From the human T2T-CHM13v2.0 reference genome, Homo sapiens, in assembly GCF_009914755.1 (NCBI RefSeq), contig NC_060943.1: 64,000 bases of DNA. The stretch is one strand, 5' to 3'. Shown piece by piece: positions 12,512 to 23,499 of the stretch; positions within the stretch are counted from its first letter, which is position 1; every line of letters begins with the position of its first letter. Position numbers and translations under genes: made by a program. Under the pieces are notes generated by a model that was not told the DNA's origin, searched no databases, and was given only the letters and a program-made list of their open reading frames with translations.

Positions 12512-15500
12512 AGCAGTTTTGAAACACACTTTTTCTAGAATCGGCAAGTAGATCTTTGGAGCGCTTTGAGGCCTTCGTTGGAAACCGGAATATCTTCACA
12601 GGAAAAGTAGATAGAGGCATTCTCAGAAACTTTTTTGTGATATGTAGATTCCACTCACAGCGTTGAACCTTTCTTTTGATAGAGCAGTTTTGAAAAATTC
12701 TTTTATCGAATCTGCAAGTAGACATTTGGGGTGCTTTGAGGGCTGTGGTGCAAAAGGAAATGTCTTCCCATGGAAACTAGACTGAAACATTCTCAGCAAC
12801 TTCTTTGTGACGTTTGCATTCATCTCACAGCGTTGAACATACCTTTCCAAAGAGTAGTTTTGAAACACTATTTTTGTAGAATCTGCAAGTGGATATTTGG
12901 ACTGCTTTGAGGCCTTCATCGGAAACGGGAATATCTTCACATAAACACTAGAGAGAAGCATTCTCAGAAACTTCTTTGTGATCTGTCCATTCAACTCACA
13001 GAGTTGAACCTTCCTTTTTCTGGAGCAGTTTTGAAACACTGTTCTTGGAGAATCTGCAAGTGGATATTTGGAGCGCTTTGAGGCCTGTTGTAGAAAAAGA
13101 AATATCTGCCTCTAAAAACTAGACAGAAGCATTCTGAGAAACTTCTTTGTGATGTTTGCATTCAACTAGCAGAGTTGAACCTTCCTTTTGATAGGGCAGT
13201 TTGGAAACACCCTTTTGTAGAATCTGCATGTGGATATCTGGAGCGATTTGAGGCCTACGGTCAAAAAGGAAATATCTTCCTGGGAAAAATAGACGAAAGC
13301 ATTCTCAGAAACTGCTTTGTGACATGTGCATTCGACTCACCGTGTTGAAACTGTTTTTCGATAGAGCAGTTTTGAAACACTCTGTAGAATCTGAAAGTGG
13401 ATATTTGGAGCTCTTTGAGGGCTATGGCGGAAAAGAAAATATATTCACATTAAACTAGACAGCAGCATTCTCAGAAACTTCTTTAGGATGTTTGCAGTAA
13501 ACTCACAGAGTTGAACATACCTTTCGGTAGAGCAGTTTTGAAACACTGTTTGTGGGATCCGCAAGTGGATATTTGCACCGCTTTGAGACCTTTGCTGGAA
13601 ATGGGAATATCTTCACATATAAACTAGACGGAAGCATTTTCAGAAACTTCTTCGTGATGTGTGCATTCTACTCCCAAATTTGAATCTTCCTTCTCATGAA
13701 GCAGTTTTGAAACACTCTGTTTGTGCAATCCACAATTGGATAATTGGAAAGCTTTGATGCCCATGGTAGAAAAGGAAATATCCTCATATAAAAACTAGAC
13801 AGAAGGATTCACAGAAAATGCTTTGTGATGTGTGCATTCAAATCACGGAGGTGAATCTTTGTTTTGTTAGAGCAGTTTTGAAACACTGTTTCTGTGGAAT
13901 CTGCCAGCGGACACTTGGAGCGCTTTGAGGGCTATGGTGGAGAAGGAAATGTCTTCACATAAAAACTAGAAAGAAGCATTCTCGGAAACCTTTATGTGAA
14001 GCGTGCATTCAACTCACAGAGTTGAACCTTCGTTTTGATAGAACAGTTTTGAAACTCTCTTTTGAACAATTGCAGGTGAATATTTGGAGCACTTTGAAGC
14101 CTTTGTTGGAAATGGGAATATCTTCACACACAAACTAGCCAGAAGCATTCTCAGAAACTTCTTTGTGATGTGTGCGTTGAACCCAGAGAGATGAACCTTT
14201 CCTTGGATAGAGCAGTTTTGAAACGTGTTTTTGTAAGATCTGCAAGCGGATAATTGGCTTCGCTTTGTGTCCTTTGGTGGAAACGGGAATATCTTCTGAT
14301 AAAAACTAGACAGAAATATTCTCACAATCTCCTTTGTGATGTGGGCATTCAACTAACACAGTTGAACATGTCTTTTCACAGAGCAGTTTTGAAACACTCT
14401 TTTGGTAGTATCTGCCAGTGGATATTTGGAGCGCTTTGAGGGCTGTTGTGCCAATGGAAATATCTGCCCTTAAAATCTAGACAGAAGCATTCTCAGAAAC
14501 TACTTCGTGATGTTTGCATTCAACTCACAGAGTTGAACATACCTCTTCACAGAGCAGTATTGAAAACCTCTTTTTGTAGAATCTGCAAGTGGATATTCGG
14601 AGCACTTTGAGGCCTTCATAGGAAACAGTAATATCTTCGCATAAAAACTAGATAGAAGCATTGTCAGAAAGTTCTTTGTGATGTGTGAATTCAACTCACA
14701 GAGTTGAACCTTCCTTTAATAGAGCAGTTTTGAAACACTCTTTTTCTAGAATCTGCAAGTAGATATTTGGAGCGCTTGGAGGCCTTCGTTCGAAACCGGA
14801 ATATCTTCACAGGAAATGTAGATAGAGGCATTCTCAGAAACTTTTTTGTGATATGTAGATTCAACTCACAGCGTTGAACCTTTCTTTGGATGGAGCAGTT
14901 TTGAAAAACTCTTTTATCGAATCTGCAGGTAGACATTTGGGGTGCTTTGAGGGCTGTGGCGCAAAAGGAAATGTCTTCCCATAGAAACTAGACTGAAGCA
15001 TTCTCAGCAACTTCTGTGTGACGTTTGCATTCATCTCACAGTGTTGAACATACCTTTCCATAGAGTAGTTTTGAAACACTGTTTTTGTAGAATCGGCAAG
15101 TGGATATTTGGACTGCTTTGAGGCCTTCATCGGAAACGGGAATATCTTCACATAAACACTAGAGAGAAGCATTCTCAGAAACTACTTTGTGATCTGTCCA
15201 TTCAACTCACAGAGTTGAACCTTCCTTTTTATGGAGCAGTTTTGGATCACTGTTTTTGGAGAATCTGCAAGTGGATATTTGGAGCGCTTTGAGGCCTATG
15301 GTAGAAAAAGAAATATCTGCCTCTAAAAACCAGACAGAAGCATTCCGAGAAACTTCTCTGTGATGTTTGCATTCAACTAGCAGAGTTGAACCTTCCTTTT
15401 GATAGGGCAGTTTGGAAACACTCTTTTTGTAGAATCTGCATGTGGATATCTGGAGCGGTTTGAGGCCTACGGTCAAAAAGGCAATATCTTCCTGGGAAAA

Positions 15501-18500
15501 ATAGACGAAAGCATTCTCAGAAACTGCTTTGTGATATGTGCATTCGACTCACCGAGTTGAAACTTTTTTTTGATAGAGCAGTTTTGAAACACTCTGTAGA
15601 ATCTGAAAGTGGATATTTGGAGCTCTTTGAGGGCTATGGCGGCAAAGAAACAATATTCATATTAAAGTAGACAGCAGCATTCTCAGAAACTTCTTTAGGA
15701 TGTTTGCAGTAAACTCACAGAGTTGAACATACCTTTCCGTAGAGCAGTTTTGAAACCCTCTGTTTGTGGGATCCGCAAGGGGATATTTGGACCGCTTTGA
15801 GACCTTTGCTGGAAATGGGAATATCTTCACATATAAACTAGACAGAAGCATTCTCAGAAACTTCTTCGTGATGTGTGCATTCTACTCCCAAATTTGAATC
15901 TTCCTTTTCATGAAGCAGTTTTGAAACAATCTGTTTGTGCAATCCACAATTGGATAATTGGAACGCTTTGATGCCCATGGTAGAAAAGGAAATATCCTCA
16001 TATAAAAACTAGACAGAAGGATTCACAGAAAATGCTTTGTGATGTGTGCATTCAAATCACGGAGTTGAATCTTTCTTTTGTCAGAGCAGTTTTGAAACAC
16101 TGTTTCTGTGGAATCTGCCAGCGGACACTTGGAGCGCTTTGAGGGCTATGGTGGAGAAGGAAATATCTTCCCATAAAAACTAGAAAGAAGCATTCTCAGA
16201 AACATTTATGTGAAGCGTGCATTCAACTCACAGAGTTGAACCTTCCTTTTGATACAACAGTTTTGAAACACTCTTTTGAACAATTGCAGGTGAATCTTTG
16301 GAGCGCTTTGAAGCCTTTGTTGGAAATGGGAATATCTTCACACACAAACTAGCCAGAAGCATTCTCAGAAACTTCTTTGTGATGTGTGCGTTGAACCCAG
16401 AGAGATGAACCTTTCCTTGGATAGAGCAGTTTTGAAACGTGTTTTTGTAAGATCTGCAAGCGGATAATTGGCTTCGCTTTGTGTCCTTTGGTGGAAACGG
16501 GAATATCTTCTAATAAAAACTAGACAGAAATATTCTCACAATCTCCTTTGTGATGTGGGCATTCAACTAACACAGTTGAACATTTCTTTTCACAGAGCAG
16601 TTTTGAGACACTCTTTTGGTAGAATCTGTCAGTGGATATTTGGAGCGCTTTGAGGGTTGTTGTGCCAATGGAAATATCTGCCCCTAAAATCTAGACAGAA
16701 GCATTCTCAGAAACTACTTCGTGATGTTTGCATTCAACTCACAGAGTTGAACATACCTCTTCACAGAGCAGTTTTGAAAACCTCTTTTTGTAGAATCTGC
16801 AAGTGGATATTCGGAGCACTTTGAGGCCTTCATAGGAAACAGTAATATCTTCGCATAAAAACTAGATAGAAGCATTGTCAGAAAGTTCTTTGTGATGTGT
16901 GAATTCAACTCACAGAGTTGAACCTTCCTTTAATAGAGCAGTTTTGAAACACTCTTTTTCTAGAATCTGCAAGTAGATATTTGGAGCGCTTGGAGGCCTT
17001 CGTTGGAAACCGGAATATCTTCACAGGAAATGTAGATAGAGGCATTCTCAGAAACTTTTTTGTGATATGTAGATTCAACTCACAGCGTTGAACCTTTCTT
17101 TGGATGGAGCAGTTTTGAAAAACTCTTCTATCGAATCTGCAGGTAGACATTTGGGGTGCTTTGAGGGCTGTGGTGCAAAAGGAAATGTCTTCCCATAGAA
17201 ACTAGACAGAAGCATTCTCAGCAACTTCTGTGTGACGTTTGCACTCATCTCACAGTGTTGAACATACCTTTCCATAGAGTAGTTTTGAAACACTGTTTTT
17301 GTAGAATCGGCAAGTGGATATTTGGACTGCTTTGAGGCCTTCATCGGAAACGGGAATATCTTCACATAAACACTAGAGAGAAGCATTCTCAGAAACTACT
17401 TTGTGATCTGTCCATTCACCTCACAGAGTTGAACCTTCCTTTTTATGGAGCAGTTTTGAAACACTGTTTTTGGAGAATCTGCAAGTGGATATTTGGAGCG
17501 CTTTGAGGCCTATGGTAGAAAAAGAAATATCTGCCTCTAAAAACCAGACAGAAGCATTCCGAGAAACTTCTCTGTGATGTTTGCATTGAACTAGCAGAGT
17601 TGAACCTTCCTTTTGATAGGGCAGTTTGGAAACACTCTTTTTGTAGAATTTGCATGTGGATATCTGGAGCGGTTTGAGGCCTACGGTCAAAAAGGAAATA
17701 TATTCCTGGGAAAAATAGACGAAAGCATTCTCAGAAACTGCTTTGTGATATGTGCATTCGACTCACCGAGTTGAAACTTTTTTTTGATAGAGCAGTTTTG
17801 AAACACTCTGTAGAATCTGAAAGTGGATACTTGGAGCTCTTTGAGGGCTATGGCGGCAAAGAAACAATATTCATATTAAAGTAGACAGCAGCATTCTCAG
17901 AAACTTCTTTAGGATGCTTGCAGCAAACTCACAGAGTTGAACATACCTTTCCGTAGAGCAGTTTTGAAACCCTCTGTTTGTGGGATCCGCAAGGGGATAT
18001 TTGGACCGCTTTGAGACCTTTGCTGGAAATGGGAATATCTTCACATATAAACTAGACAGAAGCATTCTCAGAAACTTCTTCGTGATGTGTGCATTCTACT
18101 CCCAAATTTGAATCTTCCTTTTCATGAAGCAGTTTTGAAACACTCTGTTTGTGCAATCCACAATTGGATAATTGGAACGGTTTGATGCCCGTGGTGGAAA
18201 AGGAAATATCCTCACATAAAAAGCAGACAGAAAGATTCACAGAAAATGCTTTGTGATGTGTGCATTCAAATCACGGAGTTGAATCTTTCTTTTGTCAGAG
18301 CAGTTTTGAAACACTGTTTCTGTGGAATCTGCCAGCGGACACTTGGAGCACTTTGAGGGCTATGGTGGAGAAGGAAATATCTTCCCATAAAAACTAGAAA
18401 GAAGCATTCTCAGAAACATTTATGTGAAGCGTGCATTCAACTCACAGAGTTGAACCTTCCTTTTGATAGAACAGTTTTGAAACACTCTTTTGAACAATTG

Positions 18501-21421
18501 CAGGTGAATCTTTGGAGCGCTTTGAAGCCTTTGTTGGAAATGGGAATATCTTCACTCACAAACTAGCCAGAAGCATTCTCAGAAACTTCTCGTGATGTGT
18601 GCGTTGAACCCAGAGAGATGAACCTTTCCTATGATAGAGCAGTTTTGAAACGTGTTTTTGTAAGATCTGCAAGCGGATAATTGGCTTCGCTTTGTGTCCT
18701 TTGGTGGAAACGGGAATATCTTCTAATAAAAACTAGACAGAAATATTCTCAGAATCTCCTTTGTGATGTGGGCATTCAACTAACACAGTTGAACTTTCTT
18801 TTCACAGAGCAGTTTAGAAACACTCTTTTGGTAGAATCTGCCAGTGGATATTTGGAGCGCTTTGAGGGCTATTGTGCCAATGGAAATATCTGCCCCTGAA
18901 ATCTAGACAGAAGCATTCTCAGAAACTACTTCGTGATGTTTGCATTCAACTCACAGAGTTGAACATACCTCTTCATAGAGCAGTTTTGAAAACCTCTTTT
19001 TGTAGAATCTGCAAGAGGATATTCGGACCACTTTGAGGCCTTCATAGGAAACAGTAATATCTTCGCATAAAAACTAGATAGAAGCATTGTCAGAAAGTTC
19101 TTTGTGATGTGTGAATTCAACTCACAGAGTTGAACCTTCCTTTAATAGAGCAGTTTTGAAACACTCTTTTTCTAGAATCTGCAAGTAGATATTTGGAGCG
19201 CTTTGAGGCCTTCGTTGGAAAGCGGAACATCTTCACAGGAAAAGTAGATAGAGGCATTCTCAGAAACTTTTTTGTGATATGTAGATTCAACTCACAGCGT
19301 TGAACCTTTCTTTGGATGGAGCAGTTTTGAAAAACTCTTTTATCGAATCTGCAGGTAGACATTTGGGGTGCTTTGAGGGCTGTGGTGCAAAAGGAAATGT
19401 CTTCCCATAGAAACTAGACTGAAGCATTCTCAGCAACTTCTTTGTGACGTTTGCATTCATCTCACAGTGTTGAACATACCTTTCCATAGAGTAGTTTTGA
19501 AACACTGTTTTTGTAGAATCGGCAAGTGGATATTTGGACTGCTTTGAGGCCTTCATCGGAATCGGGAATATCTTCACATAAACACTAGAGAGAAGCATTC
19601 TCAGAAACTTCTTTGTGATCTGTCCATTCAACTCACAGAGTTGAACCTTCCTTTTTATGGAGCAGTTTTGAATCACTGTTTTTGGAGAATCTGCAAGTGG
19701 ATATTTGGAGTGCTTTGAGGCCTATGGTAGAAAAAGAAATATCTGCCTCTAAAAACCAGACAGAAGCATTCCGAGAAACTTCTCTGTGATGTTTGCATTC
19801 AACTAGCAGAGTTGAACCTTCCTTTTGATAGGGCAGTTTGGAAACACTCTTTTTGTAGAATCTGCATGTGGATATCTGGAGCGGTTTGAGGCCTACGGTC
19901 AAAAAGGAAATATCTTCCTGGGAAAAATAGACGAAAGCATTCTCAGAAACTGCTTTGTGATATGTGCATTCGACTCACCGAGTTGAAACTTTTTTTTGAT
20001 AGAGCAGTTTTGAAACACTCTGTAGAATCTGAAAGTGGATATTTGGAGCTCTTTGAGGGCTATGGCGGCAAAGAAACTATATTCACATTAAAGTAGACAG
20101 CAGCATTCTCAGAAACTTCTTTAGGATGTTTGCAGTAAACTCACAGAGTTGAACCTACCTTTCCGTAGAGCAGTTTTGAAACACTCTGTTTGTGGGATCC
20201 GCAAGGGGATATTTGGAACGCTTTGAGACCTTTGCTGGAAATGGGAATATCTTCACATATAAACTAGACAGAAGCATTCTCAGAAACTTCTTCGTGATGT
20301 GTGCATTCTACTCCCAAATTTGAATCTTCCTTTTCATGAAGCAGTTTTGAAACACTCTGTTTGTGCAATCCACAATTGGATAATTGGAACGCTTTGATGC
20401 CCATGGTAGAAAAGGAAATATCCTCATATAAAAACTAGACAGAAGGATTCACAGAAAATGCTTTGTGATGTGTGCATTCAAATCACGGAGTTGAATCTTT
20501 CTTTTGTCAGAGCAGTTTTGAAACACTGTTTCTGTGGAATCTGCCAGCGTACACTTGGAGCGCTTTGAGGGCTATGGTGGAGAAGGAAATATCTTCCCAT
20601 AAAAACTAGAAAGAAGCATTCTCAGAAACATTTATGTGAAGCGTGCATTCAACTCACAGAGTTGAACCTTCCTTTTGATACAACAGTTTTGAAACACTCT
20701 TTTGAACAATTGCAGGTGAATCTTTGGAGCGCTTTGAAGCCTTTGTTGGAAATGGGAATATCTTCACACAAACTAGCCAGAAGCATTCTCAGAAACTTCT
20801 TTGTGATGTGTGCGTTGAACCCAGAGAGATGAACCTTTCCTTGGATAGAGCAGTTTTGAAACGTGTTTTTGTAAGGTCTGCAAGCGGATAATTGGCTTCG
20901 CTTTGTGTCCTTTGGTGGAAACGGGAATATCTTCTAATAAAAACTAGACAGAAATATTCTCAGAATCTCCTTTGTGATGTGGGCATTCAACTAACACAGT
21001 TGAACATTTCTTTTCACAGAGCAGTTTTGAAACACTCTTTTGGTAGAATCTGCCAGTGGATATTTGGAGAGCTTGGAGGGCTGTTGTGCCAATGGAAATA
21101 TCTGCCCCTAAAATCTAGACAGAAGCATTCTCAGAAACTACTTCGTGATGTTTGCATTCAACTCACAGAGTTGAACATACCTCTTCACAGAGCAGTTTTG
21201 AAAACCTCTTTTTGTAGAATCTGCAAGTGGATATTCGGAGCACTTTGAGGCCTTCATAGGAAACAGTAATATCTTCGCATAAAAACTAGATAGAAGCATT
21301 GTCAGAAAGTTCTTTGTGATGTGTGAATTCAACTCACAGAGTTGAACCTTCCTTTAATAGAGCAGTTTTGAAACACTCTTTTTCTAGAATCTGCAAGTAG
21401 ATATTTGGAGCGCTTGGAGGC

Positions 21422-21438
21422 CTTCGTTGGAAACCGGA
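21422..21438 (+). promoter_or_regulatory. Degenerate CENP-B box, monomer 1 (CTTCGTTGGAAACCGGA; CGGG changed to CCGG); predicted non-binding
   Basis: Differs from the canonical YTTCGTTGGAARCGGGA at one essential position of the nTTCGnnnnAnnCGGGn core. Confidence 0.85.
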
Positions 21439-21762
21439 ATATCTTCACAGGAAATGTAGATAGAGGCATTCTCAGAAACTTTTTTGTGATATGTAGATTC
21501 AACTCACAGCGTTGAACCTTTCTTTGGATGGAGCAGTTTTGAAAAACTCTTTTATCGAATCTGCAGGTAGACATTTGGGGTGCTTTGAGGGCTGTGGTGC
21601 AAAAGGAAATGTCTTCCCATAGAAACTAGACTGAAGCATTCTCAGCAACTTCTTTGTGACGTTTGCATTCATCTCACAGTGTTGAACATACCTTTCCATA
21701 GAGTAGTTTTGAAACACTGTTTTTGTAGAATCGGCAAGTGGATATTTGGACTGCTTTGAGGC

Positions 21763-21779
21763 CTTCATCGGAAACGGGA
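21763..21779 (+). promoter_or_regulatory. Degenerate CENP-B box, monomer 3 (CTTCATCGGAAACGGGA; TTCG changed to TTCA)
   Basis: One essential position is lost through a CpG-to-CpA change. Confidence 0.8.
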
Positions 21780-23123
21780 ATATCTTCACATAAACACTAG
21801 AGAGAAGCATTCTCAGAAACTTCTTTGTGATCTGTCCATTCAACTCACAGAGTTGAACCTTCCTTTTTATGGAGCAGTTTTGAATCACTGTTTTTGGAGA
21901 ATCTGCAAGTGGATATTTGGAGTGCTTTGAGACCTATGGTAGAAAAAGAAATATCTGCCTCTAAAAACCAGACAGAAGCATTCCGAGAAACTTCTCTGTG
22001 ATGTTTGCATTCAACTAGCAGAGTTGAACCTTCCTTTTGATAGGGCAGTTTGGAAACACTCTTTTTGTAGAATCTGCATGTGGATATCTGGAGCGGTTTG
22101 AGGCCTACGGTCAAAAAGGAAATATCTTCCTGGGAAAAATAGACGAAAGCATTCTCAGAAACTGCTTTGTGATATATGCATTCGACTCACCGAGTTGAAA
22201 CTTTTTTTTGATAGAGCAGTTTTGAAACACTCTGTAGAATCTGAAAGTGGATATTTGGAGCTCTTTGAGGGCTATGGCGGCAAAGAAACTATATTCACAT
22301 TAAAGTAGACAGCAGCATTCTCAGAAACTTCTTTAGGATGTTTGCAGTAAACTCACAGAGTTGAACATACCTTTCCGTAGAGCAGTTTTGAAACACTCTG
22401 TTTGTGGGATCCGCAAGGGGATATTTGGACCGCTTTGAGACCTTTGCTGGAAATGGGAATATCTTCACATATAAACTAGACAGAAGCATTCTCAGAAACT
22501 TCTTCGTGATGTGTGCATTCTACTCCCGAATTTGAATCTTCCTTTTCATGAAGCAGTTTTGAAACACTCTGTTTGTGCAATCCACAGTTGGATAATTGGA
22601 AGGCTTTGATGCCCATGGTAGAAAAGGAAATATCCTCATATAAAAACTAGACAGAAGGATTCACAGAAAATGCTTTGTGATGTGTGCATTCAAATCACGG
22701 AGTTGAATCTTTCTTTTGTCAGAGCAGTTTTGAAACACTGTTTCTGTGGAATCTGCCAGCGGACACTTGGAGCGCTTTGAGGGCTATGGTGGAGAAGGAA
22801 ATATCTTCCCATAAAAACTAGAAAGAAGCATTCTCAGAAACATTTATGTGAAGCGTGCATTCAACTCACAGAGTTGAACCTTCCTTTTGATAGAAGAGTT
22901 TTGAAACACTCTTTTGAACAATTGCAGGTGAATCTTTGGAGCGCTTTGAAGCCTTTGTTGGAAATGGGAATATCTTCACACACAAACTAGCCAGAAGCAT
23001 TCTCAGAAACTTCTTTGTGATGTGTGCGTTGAACCCAGAGAGATGAACCTTTCCTTGGATAGAGCAGTTTTGAAACGTGTTTTTGTAAGATCTGCAAGCG
23101 GATAATTGGCTTCGCTTTGTGTC

Positions 23124-23140
23124 CTTTGGTGGAAACGGGA
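23124..23140 (+). promoter_or_regulatory. Degenerate CENP-B box, monomer 11 (CTTTGGTGGAAACGGGA; TTCG changed to TTTG)
   Basis: One essential position is lost through a CpG-to-TpG change. Further decayed B-boxes lie at 22442-22458 (CTTTGCTGGAAATGGGA), 22953-22969 (CTTTGTTGGAAATGGGA) and 23466-23482 (CTTCATAGGAAACAGTA). Confidence 0.8.
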
Positions 23141-23499
23141 ATATCTTCTAATAAAAACTAGACAGAAATATTCTCAGAATCTCCTTTGTGATGTGGGCAT
23201 TTAACTAACACAGTTGAACATTTCTTTTCACAGAGCAGTTTTGAGACACTCTTTTGGTAGAATCTGCCAGTGGATATTTGGAGCGCTTTGAGGGCTGTTG
23301 TGCCAATGGAAATATCTGCCCCTAAAATCTAGACAGAAGCATTCTCAGAAACTACTTCGTGATGTTTGCATTCAACTCACAGAGTTGAACATACCTCTTC
23401 ACAGAGCAGTTTTGAAAACCTCTTTTTGTAGAATCTGCAAGTGGATATTCGGAGCACTTTGAGGCCTTCATAGGAAACAGTAATATCTTCGCATAAAAA

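Larger units (their letters stand above)
4860..14060 (+). repeat. Tandemly repeated 4081-bp super-unit (2211-bp 13-mer + 1870-bp 11-mer), about 2.25 copies
   Basis: Spacing of equivalent sites is 2211, 1870, 2211, 1870, 2211. EcoRI sites at 6525, 10606 and 14687 are 4081 apart. Shared private variants recur about 4081 apart, e.g. agacggaagcattttc at ~5465/9545/13626 and cggaaaccttta at ~5821/9902/13983. Confidence 0.9.
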
